NCBI GenBank assembly: GCA_045837725.1
Contig: JBEWZL010000162.1
Location: 124,001-188,000, forward strand
Source: Vermamoeba vermiformis
Lineage: Eukaryota
DNA: 64,000 bases
Direction: 5' to 3'
The notes beneath the pieces are model-generated. The model worked only from the letters and a program-made list of their open reading frames with translations. It had not been told where the DNA came from and made no database searches. The position numbers were made by a program, and so were the translations under genes. Shown in pieces: positions 37,689 to 51,326 of the stretch (its first letter is position 1; each line of letters begins with the position of its first letter).

Positions 37689-40600
37689 ATGAGTGGAGTT
37701 TCCAAACCAGATCAAGCTCAAAATAATTCCACCGATGTTTCAAATAATATATCACCACGCACCTTAAATACTAAGGTCGCGCAGCGTCGAGAAGAGAATC
37801 AATATTGGGGCTTGAAGCTCACAGAAGCCATCCGAGACAATAACAAGGAAAACGTTAAAGGCATCATTAAGAATAGACTAGTAAGTATAATTTAACATAT
37901 TAATGATCCGCAAAATATCTAATTAAATTGAATTTTGATTTTCGAAACGCAAGGTTACGATCGAGCGCCGTATTAATTCTTTATTTTCATTGCAGACCTC
38001 TATAAATGAGCGTGATAAAGAAGGCCAAACAGCTCTACACGTAGCGTGTGCCACCGGCAATTTCGAAATGGTAAGTTTCAGATTAGTCTGTGTTGGCAAT
38101 ACGAAATGTCGGCATTGCGGTTGGATAATTGATCAATACTATTATAATTATATGCAGCCATAACCATACTTATCGATTGAATTAGGTCAAGTTTCTGATT
38201 AAGAAAAAAGCGGCGGTAAATATCGTAGACAAAAATGGTGATACTCCCTTGCAAAGAGCCTCAAGGTACCCTTATACGAATTCATTATATTCATGACGCA
38301 ATATTTTTGCTAATTTAATTCAAGATCTGCGTATTTGGAAGTATGCGAATTTCTGCTCGAACACGGAGCCGATCCAATGTACAATATCAATACCAATTCT
38401 GCCACCACTCCGTTACATTGTTTAGCGCGCATTAATACACCAGCCAAAATGCAGAAGAATTTACAAGTAAGGCTATGTCATTGTGTTCTTGGCGGATCTA
38501 CCTAGACTGAAATTTTTTTAATCAATCGCTCATCTATTCCAATGAATATTATAATATCGAGCCTTTATTGAAGAATTGCCACTTTTTAGCTAAAAATGTC
38601 AACTTTTTTGTTTTGGATCAGATCCACTTTCGAACTATATTTAAACCTTGCAGTTTATAATAATGAACCCGCTCATATTATTATATACTCACCCCTGGCA
38701 CCTACTATTATAGGTTATATCAATGATGATTGAGAAAGGCGCAGATATTAATGCACAAACGCGTAATGGCATCACTCCACTTCACGCGTGCAGCGAGACT
38801 GGTGTGCTCGAAATAGTTGATTTATTATTATCCAGTGGTGCTAGTGTTAATTTAACTGACGCGTACGTACTCATACTTCATCTTTAAGACCACCTTTTAT
38901 AATAATTATTTCCTCCTACAACATAATTATTTTTTGTTAACCGAAAGAATTACCCGAAGACATTTAGCATATTCGATCGAATAGTGCGTAGTAATTGATT
39001 GTATTGTAATTGGATCCAGTTGTCCTTTTATGGTTAGAAGTCAATCAGTTGTGATTTACACGAGATTTGTGCATTTCAAAAATCTCTTTTCGGGCCGAAG
39101 CTGACACGTGTTTTTTCTCTAATTAGGAACGAAGAAGACCCGCTACATTATGCTGTTAAAGCAGGACATAGCGAAGTTGCACGAACTTTAATGTTACATG
39201 GAGCAGATCCACTTGCGAAAGCCAAAAGTGTAAGGAGAAAATAATTCTTAAAAATATGTAAATATGCTCATTAATATTAATAGGGCACGAGTGTTGATAT
39301 TGCGGAGGCTGCAGGATTAAATGAAACACTTGTTATTTTAACGAACAAAAGTATTCGTGACATTGGCAAGTCTCAGGCTCTAGCGACCTTTAACAAATTG
39401 ATGCAACCCTGTAAGTGCTATATATTGATATTACCATAATTACATAACACTAACAATTAATTTACTAGGGGTTAAAATTAACCGTGTTGGTCGTCGAATC
39501 GATTGGATCATTGACTTTGTACGTAGTTTTCTTTAACACGATAATAGCTCCCATATTTGCAATATGATAAAATCAATAATATGTCACGCCTTTAATAACA
39601 TATTATTGTTATATAGAGTAACAAAGGAGTACAACATTTTCCCAATATCAAACAAGTCATGCTGAAGCACTTGTTCAACATGTTGTCGACAACTTACAAT
39701 CAACTCAAACGACGAACAGCGCCTAATCTCGATTCAATCTCGAATATACCACGTGCCAAGAGCGAGGGACAGTTGACTCAATCGAGCAGCAAAGTCGCGC
39801 AAATTTTCGGACTGGACACCAGCGAGGACAGCGAAGAATTCATTCAACGAGCTTGTGTTGAAGGCCAAGAAGCACTTCATTTGACTGAAAAGGCCACTCA
39901 AGTAAGCTCCTACTTATCAATGGCACGTGGAATATTTATTAATAACTTGACGCAGGTATTGGGTATCTCGGTGTCAGAGGTCACTGTGTCGTATCACAAA
40001 CAGCCCAAAAGAGGCAAATCAACGGCACTCATTATGAAGCAAGAGAACCGCGAGAGCAGTACGCCAATGAAGCGTCGTCGAAGTAGCGGAGTAATTCCTA
40101 ATAAGGACAACATTGACACAAGTGAAGGTGGAGAAAAGTCACCGTCGTCAGTCATGATCGTGACTTCACGCGGTCAAAACGCCGTCAATGTTGTTCAAGA
40201 CCAGTCCTGTTTCAGCTCCCGTCTCAACAAAAAGACTCACGGTTGATGAATCTAAAAATAGACTCATCAGCGAGCTGTCAATCAGATTGTCAATGTCGGG
40301 CGATGAAAAGACCGACAACACTAGTCCTACAAGCAACAATAGCAATAATATGAATACTCCGCATAGTGACCGAAGTGTTCAGGAGAGCAGATCTGGTCCG
40401 AATAGTTCACGCGATTCGGCAACAGAGTCGCCCATTCATGAACGATCTGCAGTGAAAGAGAACAGGAAAAGGTTAAGAAATTCCGTTATGTTCAATTTGC
40501 AGCTATTAGAACGAGAATTGAAGGAGATTGAACGAAACAAATTGACCGATGAAGATCTGGATCTGCTCATGAGAAAATCTTCCGCCGCATCTGCACGAAG

Positions 40601-42068
40601 ACCGAAACTTAGCAGCGCAGCATTGGTCAAGTCGGATAGTATCAATAACACCAATAATTTAGAGAATAGTGAAAATACCGAGCAGAAAAACTCTTCAGTG
40701 AATGAGGTGGATCCGCACCAACAAAAGCAGATCAAGAAAGCGAAATTATCGTTGAGCGAGAACAGCGTGTTGGTTCAACGACAGATCGGCGTTACCGAAG
40801 ACCACGCGACAGTTGTGGCCTCAATTGATCACAAGGACAAATCTCCCAGGGAGCAGAACTTGGATCCGAACACGTACTTGAAATGCATCAATATGGCCAA
40901 TAATATTATATCAGATCTATCGCCCAACGCATTTATGTTCCCGTTATTGCATAATGCATTGGAAATATTAGATCTGAGTAATAATTTATTGGAGACTTTG
41001 CCGCCGGAAATCAACATGCTGAAAAAATTGCAACAATTATCGGTTCAGCGAAATTTCCTGAAAGAATTACCGAAAGAACTTGGCGAATTGAAGTACCTGA
41101 GGATATTATACGTCTATAATAACTTCTTGGAGGGCGTTCCTGAAGAAATAACGAAGTGCAAAAATCTCAAAACGATTCACCTGCAAAACAACAAATTATC
41201 TTCGCTGCCACTAGAACTCGCTTCTCTAGCCTTAGAAGACCTTCAGGTACGCAAATATACATATTTCCTTATTAGGAAATTTTCACGGATGACTGATACT
41301 TTTGTTGTAGCTGGACGGCAATCCATGTGTCATTAATGACGAGTGTCCTATTGACCTCGCAACGGCCTCGACCAAAGAAATTCTGTCTTGGATGGAAAAA
41401 GAACGAAAACGCGAAAAGAAATCAAAGTACGTCAAGTCACGTGTTGTGCCACACGTCGATCGATCAGTATTTAACGTACGGTTTAATAGGACTTCTAAAA
41501 ATAGCAGCAGTGCCTCTGCGAAGAGAAAATCAGCAGTACGAACCAAACAGACTGTTATTAGTCCCAACACCGAACAGAAATTTGAGTCACTGTTAGCGGA
41601 TCCAAAAGTCAATCAGTCCTTCAGAATATTCCTCGAAAAGGTACTACTATTCTCTACCGACATACTATTATCACTATAATTTCCTTATTTGGAAATAATA
41701 AATTAAATTTCTTTGGTCGACAGGAATATGCGTCGGAAAATCTGTTGTTTTACAACGCGGTGGAAGAATACAAGTTAAAAATACAAGAGACACCGCACTT
41801 GGGCTTTGACATTGCACTCAGCATTTACACCGAGTTTGTGAACACAGAGACAGCCGGCATGAAAGAGATCAACTTGCCTAATGAAGTCCGCGAGAATCTG
41901 ATGACGATCTTCGAGAAAAGCAAGAGAAAATTGAGCACCGTGAGAAAATCAGGTATTGCTGGCGTGGTGTCTGGCAGCGTGTTTGACACGGCACAACGAT
42001 TCGTTGCGGATCTGTTGCGATTCGATCACTTCAAACGATTTTTGCAAAGTGATTATTTCAAGCATTAA
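37689..42068 (+). CDS. Ankyrin-repeat + LRR + RGS domain protein (multi-exon)
   Basis: ANK repeats (DKEGQTALHVAC, NGDTPLQRA, NGITPLHAC, PLHYAVKAGH), Ser-rich linker, LRRs (LEILDLSNNLLETLPPEI), RGS (FRIFLEKEYASENLLFY...KEINLP...FDTAQ...DHFKRFLQS). Confidence 0.88.
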
Positions 42069-42172
42069 GCTAAAACTTTAATGACTTGTTTGTATAGAAC
42101 GTTTAATCGTGTAAAATAGACATTTTTATTATTAAAACTACGGCCAAAACACAAGTTATTTGCAGAGGCTGC

Positions 42173-43553
42173 TTAGATTAACCAGCAGGGACTACGTTTT
42201 TCCTGTCCACGGTTAGTCTCTGTCAACAAAACACCCCTTTTGTAGGGATTGGTGTACTCCCACACTTTGTACTTGCATTCCATCGCGTTATTTTCATCTA
42301 GAGCCACATAGCATTCGATGATTTGTCGGAAGTCAAACTTTTTCCCCAGCAGACTAGCCTTCGTTTTTCTACCGCGTACTCTGGCCGAAATTATGAAATA
42401 AGCATTGGCCTTTACGTTATCTTTTTTCAACACGCGATAACTAATGAAGAAGTCCTTCGTTTTGTTGCCAAAAGCTTCCAAAGGAATATCTTCGATTGCA
42501 ATATCCCTCCATGTTACGGAGCTCCACAGCTCTCCGGTCATTAGGTGGCGCAACTCTACTTGCCACCGATGCTGAAGAACGAAGTTTTCAATAAACCTTA
42601 ACTCTGTACATAATGTGGTTGTGATTAATTGCCGTCCATCCGCTCTTTCCGGAACCCCGGCATCTTTTAGATCTGGTGGGAATACTTCTGGCCTATTTTC
42701 GACATAGAATAACTCGTCAGGAATATGGGCTTGCACATCGTCAACTTTGCCTGGCCAGAACTCGTGGTTAGTAGCTACCATTCCAGTTGCAGATGATTGG
42801 TGTGACTTAGTAGACGTATATCCGAAGCCTAGTTTCGCACCCGATTGTGCAACGTTAGGAACGGTTAATTCAGCTCCAATATTCCAGCCTCGGGTGTCAG
42901 TTCTTGAAGTTGATTGCCATTCGTCTTTCGGGAGGTGATCTCTAGTCAAGAGGGTCATACCTTCTGCTCAAAATATATTAGGACTTAATTGTAACATGGC
43001 GCGATTTCACTAACCTGCCGCCAGTAAAGTGCATCTAGCGTCCAGTGAAGAGAGGTAGAACGGAGAGCCGTGCGTGTCGAATCCCTGACTATTGCTGATG
43101 CCCCAAGAGACTGCAAAATGACACAACAACTGCAGTCCATTCACTTCGTCATATTTGGAAACAAAGTCGACCTCGGTAAATACTGTTGAAATTTCAATTT
43201 TTTCTGGTTCCTTCTTCTTGGATCGCAAGACAAGATGTGTTGGTTCAGTTATAAATGACGCTCGTTGTTCTTTTGGTAAATCAATATTAGTTTGAAGTAG
43301 AGTAAATTGTAGATCTGAAATTACCTAAAGAAACATGGTAGAAGTGTTTATCCTTTAGGGCCATTAAACCAACGACTTTCTGCGTCACAATACCGTCTGG
43401 TTGAGCCTTTTTCTTGATCACCACAATTGGAATGCCTTCAGGAAGCCCAAACGCATGACGAATTGTGGCTTCTCGACTTTCCGGTGTGTCGTTTGTCGTG
43501 AAAGCAAACTTCTTCTTCTTCCTACAGCAGATCACGCAATTTATAGGATTCAT
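42173..43553 (-). CDS. Uncharacterised cytosolic protein with N-terminal beta-grasp-like domain and putative beta-pore-forming hairpin (3 exons, about 425 aa)
   Basis: Introns 43324-43270 and 43014-42964 join three ORFs in frame. Segment DHLPKDEWQSTSRTDTRGWNIGAELTV...GAKLGFGYTSTKSHQSS. The gene is well supported; the function is inferred. Confidence 0.65.
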
Positions 43554-43780
43554 CTAGGTTGACTTGTGGCGCTTTGTGCAAAAGGAAAGTAAAAATCAAA
43601 TTCATAGTTCATTGACCAAACTAAGTGGCAAAGAGCTATGGGGGTTTTTGAGATTTCTACCAAGAAAAATAGATAAAATAAGGAGATTAATTAATTCCGA
43701 AATTTCGTTGTTAATACATCCAAAAATTTGATTTGAGCTTGTTCAAACCTTCTCTGATAGGTTTATTCATTGCAAAATGC

Positions 43781-46167
43781 TTACAAATCAGAAGCTAGGC
43801 CTTGAATGTAAGTCTTTTCTTTTTGCGCCTCTTCCTCGCTGTTTGCAGTACCAATACTATCCGCGTACCCTGCGGAATAACTCGTTATTAGACTTTTAGT
43901 GTTTAAGTACTTAAAAGTATTACCTTTCAAAATTGTCTTGACGTCTTCAAAGCTCGAGCCTTGCAAGCCGAGCAAGTTTTTAACAGCTGTCTTGATCTTC
44001 GGATCTGCACTGCAAATGATAGCAATAACGAAATCGACCAACTGTAGAGTGAATAGACCAGCGTCTAGTCTCATCAAATAGAACTCGTCTTCATCTGCCT
44101 CGCTTATCTCTTCGCCCTCAGCCATTCGTTCTTCAATGGCATGTCGGATCGCTGCGTTGGCTTGATCCACTTTCTTTGTGTTTTTCTCGTGCAATTCTAA
44201 TAATCGCTCAACTTTCTCCATGCCTTCTTCTCGAAACTATAACCATTAATGGTTGTTAATATTGAACGCAAAGGAGTCGTAAGAAATGCGCCAAAGATTC
44301 AATAACGTTACCTTTTCTAGTACACGACCCCACAAATTAGAATCTGAGCGTAAGCACGTGAATAGCGATGATATACAAGAGATAATATGCTCGTCATCTT
44401 CAGACTCGGAGAAACCTTTCTTGGGCTTCTTCTTCTCGGTCTTGTTCTGCATCCGGATCTAGTCAAAAAACGACTCGAAAATAGCACTACTAGAGGACGT
44501 ACCTTTTTCATAAACGCAGCAAATAATGTACCCAGCGCCGGCAACTCAACCCATCGTCGACAATTGTCAGCGTCACGTGCCAAACAGAAATCCAATAACT
44601 TCAAAGCTGACTTTCGCGCGTACTTTTTGTTCCTAAAATAGTAACCGTAAGCATTGCAACAATTTAGCAACCATACGGAATAGTAATAGGTCTCGTACTT
44701 GATCATAATTTGCAATAGTCGCAATCCTTCAGCTTCAGTGAAATATTTTCTGTTGTCTTGAAGTACGGCGACAACGCACAAACTGTTGAAAATATTTTCC
44801 ACGAGCTCTTCTTCTTCAATTGTTGCAGGATTAGTCTTCTTATATAACTAGATATCGTCGTTAATAATAAGTTATTTATGTGCTTTATCCACGCTACTTA
44901 CGGCAACAGCTGATAACAAAGTGTCAATGCCGTTCAATTTGCCAACGAGGAGTTGATTGTCTTTTGAATTCTGAACTAAAATTGATAAAATTTCACTGGC
45001 GTACCTAATTGGGAAAATAACGTTAGCTTTGTACGAGAATAGTATCCTTCTTCGTGGACCACTTACAATTTGACGTCATCAAACTCCTTGACTTGCAAAC
45101 GCTTCAAAATCCATTTGATAATGTCGGTCTTCTCGCCAATTTGTTTGCAAATAGCGACATCAACTTCAGTCAAATTTTCAATAATTTCAAGCGTGTTGTA
45201 AACTCCTTGTTTTTCGTCGGGCTGTCTCTCGTCCAATCGATTCAACACTTGTGACATTAACTCTAACAACTTGTTCGACAGCTGTGAGAAGTATTTTTGT
45301 TAGTGTTAGTTTAATGAAGGCCTATTATAATGAAATTTCATCGTACCAAAGCATCGACGAGCAGATCCACGGTCTGTTCTTCTCGCGCCTCTTCAGGCGT
45401 GCCCGTCAACTCTTTCAAAAGTGAAATGACATCGCACACAATGTCAGTGTTCTCGTGGGTCAGCAAGCCTAATAAGGAAATGTGGGCTTCAATGCGAATA
45501 AATTCTGGGTACAGCTCGGGATTAGCAGCAATCGGGTGTAATTTTTTGACTTCTTCGTCCAAGTCGACTTCGCTGGTCATGAATCTAATGCACTAGTTAG
45601 CATTATGTCCTAAAGTACTGTCACGCACACAGGCCGAGACCCAGTGTAATTAAAATAAGGTTTCATATTTATGCTCGCATAGCGTATTAAATTTCAATTA
45701 CGTACTTCTCTGGCTCAGCAGCAAATTTAATACGGAATTGTTGATTTTTTGTGATAGCTCGTTCAAACGAAGCGATCAATCGCTTCATGCCCGGGACGTC
45801 CAAAACTTCGACCTATGTATAATAAATATTATAATGTGTTTAGAATAATTTTGGGGCGTGGTCAGTAACGGTGCATCTGATAAAACTTTTCTTTGCCAAA
45901 TTATTCGCTCCAATAAATTTCAATTAAATTTGTAAATTCATAAAATATTCTATCTGTTAATAAACTTACGTCTTTAGCTCTTGAAAGTAATTTGTTAATT
46001 GTTTCCTCATCTAAGTTATCTTGCAGATCGTCTAAATCAATATCATCGAGGCCATTATCGTCATCTTCCTCTACTCTGGCCTGTTTTTGTGCAGGGCCAT
46101 CATCGTCTGGCTGAATATCTTGCAATTTTCTCTTGACTCCCTGCAGATCGGACAGATCATTAGACAC
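43781..46167 (-). CDS. CTNNBL1: Beta-catenin-like protein 1 (Prp19 complex spliceosome component; multi-exon)
   Basis: SEVDLDEEVK, LLGLLTHENTDI, NIFNSLC...AEGLRL, LGTLFAAFMKK, EKVERLLELH, FYLMRLDAGLFTLQLVD. Confidence 0.95.
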
Positions 46168-46969
46168 GACACGATAACTCTATTAGCTAACATTTTGCTA
46201 TTTTTTGTTTTAATACCTTTGGTGGTTCCATCCTTGAATTGTGACAAAAATGAATCGTTGGCGCGCAAAAATAAATGTTTTTGTCCGCAGTTGATCGGCC
46301 ACTTCAGAGCTGTGAACCATGAAAAGTACCTTACTCCGGGGTAACCTTAGCGTGAAGCTTCACCTTTAATGTGCAAAAAAAAAGAAAGGATATAACCAGG
46401 GCATGAAACTAACACCTCAATAATTAGGGGCATTAGGGATTAATCTGGTATGATTATTCATCGAGCATTTGTAACTCCGAAATAACATATGGGGCTCGTT
46501 GGTCGAGCAAAACAACTCATTTGTTGCTCGCTGGTGCGAAATCTATCTTCCCTAAAACGTCGCGTGCAACTATTGTGGTTCCTCATGGCGCTATTTTTAC
46601 GCGGCCAATAAACACAACTGCGTAGGTTTGACGATTAACTCGAACGACCTAACGTAATTTGGCCATAACAAAAAAAAAAGGATTAGATCAGGACTGCATT
46701 GTTTTCAGAGCATGGAGAGCATGTCTATTAATTCTCCAGCTGGTCAAACTCATTAAGTTTTCATCACTCTAATCGCTTGAATATCAAAGAACAAACCAAT
46801 TCCATGATCCAGTTTTGTGCTCGGCAGATCCTGCGCAAAAATTATTATGGGGCAATTTATGTTTCAGTTTGAGTGTCGTTCTAAAGCGTTTATTTAGCTT
46901 TCATCAACGAAGCATTTATACAAAAAAGACAATACAAGAAAGTTCATTCGAATGACGAACTTTCCAACT

Positions 46970-49900
46970 TTACATCCACTGGCTCTTCATCACATCCAGC
47001 AATTCTGTCACGCAACCCTTGATAGTTTCATTCTCCGTGTGATTTGTCCAAGGCTGGAGGGCGGGTCGAAGCTCACTAACCACTTGATGAGTTACTTGTG
47101 TATCGCGTAACAACAGCGTGCCCAGTGTGACAAGTGTCTTGTGCACCGTGTCGTGATCTGCCTGGTTCTTCAACAACTACAACACCGCATTAGATACGGC
47201 CACACCAACAATGAGTTCCTTACCTTAACAGCAAGATTCGCTGCTTTGATCTTCGCTTCTGTATTTTCTCGTGAAGTTGGCGAGTTGAAGAAAATGACCG
47301 AGTAGCTAATAGCTAACGTTAGTAAAACGGCGCTAATACATTTGCCAAAAGATACGTACTTCAGCAGGACACTAGCAATAATACTCGCGAGATTCTTGTC
47401 GGCAACGAAGGCCATAGCACCACCAACAATCTTGTCCAGAATAACATCTTGGTACTGCAACAAAACTGTGTTAGATATCTTATAAAAATGACGACTATTG
47501 ACGTACCAGTCGCAAGCTAGGCACGAAGTCCGTGTGCGCGAACAAATTGGAGACGAACTTCAAGCCCAGCATGAAGTTGATCTTGGAGATATTTTGCTCT
47601 ACAAGACAGGTTAGTATTACTAATTCTCTAACTACGATATGTATAGACGTACCAGGGACATTGGTGAAATTCAATAATATCTTCAACAGGTCACGTTCTT
47701 GGTTCAAATCAAAATCTTTGGTCATTTCAACGAAGCGCGTGCTCTTCGACTTGAAATAAGCGTCTGTGTACTTCATCAGCTGCATAGCTGCATGTTGGTG
47801 CAACACTAAGATACGCAAAATATCCAATGCTACATATAAATCGTTAATGGGAGTGCACCTTCGAAAGTGAGAATGAGATCCACGTACCAGGGAAGACTTT
47901 ATCAGCGGGCCATTGAAGCAGCTTCCAAATGACGTTCAACTCTTCAGTCATAAAAGTTGATGCCTGCGTGTTCTCAGCGTACTGTTGCAACGAGGCCACT
48001 GTTCGTTCCAAGAATTTAATTTCCGTGGCGTCCAAGGCCATTGCAGGGTTCAATTTGCCAACAGGATCGTTGAACGATAATAACTTGGCCAGAATTGCCT
48101 CGTACTTTCCTTGACTGTACGTCAGCGGCTTAGCCTACGATTATCAAATGGTTACTCTCGTGCAACTAGATCTGAAATATTTTTAGCCTTACTTGGAATG
48201 GGAAGTGATTGTATTTCTTGTTCATTTCGAGGACGCGGAGCAAAGGATCGCCGGGCTTCAACAAATCTCTAATCTTTTTCTTGACGATGGCCTCAGGGTG
48301 CTCGATGAAGTACTTTTGATTGTTTCGCACGAACAACGCGACTTTAGAGTGCTGTTGAACGAGGTTCTCGCGGATGCAAAAGTCCATTGCCACTTGTTCG
48401 GGGTTGTCTGTGACGTTAAATCCGAGAGGTCGTTTCAAGCGATTTGAAACTGCAACACTTCTGATCACGTCATACTCCCGCTCATCGAGAACGTCTTCTT
48501 CTGTTATAGACATGCCCTCGGTCATGTCGGATTGATCTTTTTCTTGTTTTTGTTGGATTTTCGAGAGATCATCTTTCTGGCGCAAGAGTTTTTCTCGCTT
48601 CATTTTGATTTTTTCTAATTGTTTCAAGTCTTGCCTGATTCGTTTCATCTCTTCGGACTCGTTTTCAATGTCCATCGGATCATCGTCGCTCGAGTCTGGA
48701 TCGACGCCCGCTTCAGGATCTTCGTCCTCAACGCCACTCGTGTTAATTCTGAAGAAGCCTTTGCCCGGGATAAACACCATCTTATCGCCCTTTTTAGGAC
48801 TCTTTTGTGCGGATTCATCTTGTGATTGCAATTGTTGAATGAGTGCCATTAATTTCAATTGATTCTCCATTTCTCGTTGTCTTCGTTCTGCAAAGGCCAC
48901 GCGTTAGTTTACGCACCGCTGGTAACAATAGTAATATTTAAATATAAGATACTAACCTAGTAACATCCTCACGCTGGCTTCTAGTTTCTCTTGTAAGCTT
49001 CTCGAGGCCTCGCGATCTTTTGCAATCTCGTCCGAGTCACGCAAATTGTCGTCGTTTGACATCAAACTTTCAATTTCAGGCATGACCTCTTCCAAATCTG
49101 GACGCAAATAATCTTCTATTTTTTCATTCTCGTGTAATGTGTTTTTAAATGCCATATCTAATAGCGGCCAGTCTACTTGCTCGCCTGCAGAAAATATTAT
49201 GAGCATTGATAAACAAATCAAAGTATCTTTTGAATATTACCTTCAAGCATCACTAGTGGCACGTAATGATTTTTATAATGCGAGCTCCAAGCTAATGCCA
49301 ACGGTCTGGCTTTACACTCCTAAAATAGATTACGTTTTCAGTGAATAACGTCAATATTGATGATGAGACATAAGTATCCCAAAATGAAAGCCATTAATTA
49401 CCTGTGCTCCGTGGCGTGTTGGCAAAAATAAGGCGGCTACACCAAGCTGAATTAAAAACGATTAGAACGAGTTTCTGAAACGGATCTGCAACGAAACAAC
49501 AAGAATTTTTTCAGAATAAAGAGGCGTTGTTATTTCTGTTATGCACGATCATGATGACCTGTTATTATGCATAAAAATACGGTGACGCCTCTTAAATATT
49601 TAAGAAAATCGAGATCGCAAATTCCTGGTTTTGTGCGGTCCCAAAATTTACGGCAGAACTACAAATATTATATGTCATAAATAATTTTACATACCTCGCC
49701 CATGCCGTAGCGCTCAATATCTTCATCTGAACCGTAAATAATAATTGGTCGTTTCAACACGTTGGCCATCGCAAAAACGTGAATAAATTGTAAATGTTGA
49801 CCTTTTTCCGATGCTTGATGTAATATTTGCTCGAATTCTTTTTCTTCATATTTTTCTGCGCTTATTTTCTTATACCACTCAAGATTCGTTGAGAGCTCTT

Positions 49901-50431
49901 CGTGCAGAGACTTCCTTAATAATTCCCAGAATATCTCTACTCCCCACATGGCACGAGAGAGTGCGTGAAGTAAGCAGTTACCATCTCCTGTCGTTTGTAG
50001 AGGTACCAGCTTAACAGGCATGAACTCTCGGACTTGCTTCGATATAAAATCGATAGTCTCCCATTGCACTATTTCGAAGAATTTCTCTTGATTATTTTTG
50101 ACTGATTTTGGCAGCTTGAAGGTTGTATTGGTGGATGGCAGCTCTTTGTGAAGGAGTTTTTGACCGTATTGTAAGCAGAAAATACACATTGGTTTGCTTG
50201 TGAATACAAATATATACTAATAAATACAGCACACCTTCTATTTACAATGCGTGTTCTTCTGGCATAAAAAATTCGCGAACAAGTCTTTGGCAGAAATTGG
50301 AATTTCTATCGTGGCTTAACTGCAAAACTTGGCTTAAACTATCTAGCTGCGCTTCGTTGCGGCATTGCTTCCTACTTCTCCAAGCAACTACCACGCATGA
50401 GAAACGAACAAGGCGTCTGAGGTCCCAGCAT
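46970..50431 (-). CDS. VCPIP1-type OTU deubiquitinase fused to PFU and PUL domains (multi-exon)
   Basis: N-terminal four-Cys motif. OTU LVPLQTTGDGNCLLHALSRAMWG...HVFAMANVLKRPIII. PFU EYDVIRSVAV...LGFNVTDNPEQVAMDFC. PUL LLQWPADKVFPALDILRILVLH...KTLVTLGTLL. Confidence 0.82.
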
Positions 50432-51326
50432 TATGGATTAGGTGCGTAGCAATATCTCTTGCTTTGTTTGAGTATTAGTGCAGCTTTCTTCTATGATGAT
50501 ACAAATTTTACACAGACCTGTTCTGAAAAATAATGAACGATACTGTAAACCTGACGCAAGAAATAACCCCTCTTATTTTTTTGGTTGATGCGATCGTGAA
50601 TATATTTTCTAATATTTTTTTTCTCAAGTGCAGAGTCCAATCTCGTCGTTTCTTTGCAATGTCATGGCTTTGGTAAGCTATTTTATTCAAAATTAATTTT
50701 TTCAACAACAAATCCGCGACATAACCTGATGAACTTTTGTACTGTCCGTGTTTCACCTGATTTGAAATGATTACAACCCTCAGTACCTGATTATATTTCA
50801 TTTATAATTTTTAATCAATTTTTCACGTTGATTTTGATATTAATGTCATCTGTTCAGATCGCCATCGACTTGTCCTACCAAACCTTGTCGTGCGCCATTC
50901 AGACTTGCACAATGTAAGTTATCTACTCATCACAAACACCCGTCAAGATACTTGCGCTCTTCCCTATAGGGCGTAAGGATAATAGGGTGTGATAGCTCAT
51001 CTTGCTCCATCCGTTCCTCTAACTCATGTTTGTTATTACAGGTGCACCTGGCTACAAGGATAAATTCGCTGTTTGCAGGCTACCATAAGAGAAGCTTTTT
51101 GCGGTGATAGCGAACTATGGGCGTACGCGGCACGTTTCCCAAGTCAGCTGACCGTTACCGAGTACTAGTACTACGTAATAAATCGTACCAATTTAAATTA
51201 AAATATCGACTATTTGCCCTACGTTTTGCATTCATCATTATTTTAAATTAATAAATAAAGAAACGAGACTTTTTGGCTCAGAAACGTCAATCAGGCCAAA
51301 ATTGCTTATAATTACCTTTAGCCGTA

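Noticed and set aside
46170-46960. Long intergenic gap upstream of CTNNBL1 as a possible ncRNA or hidden gene
   Set aside because: No recognisable tRNA/snRNA/snoRNA motif or convincing spliced ORF; cannot exclude without an Rfam search.
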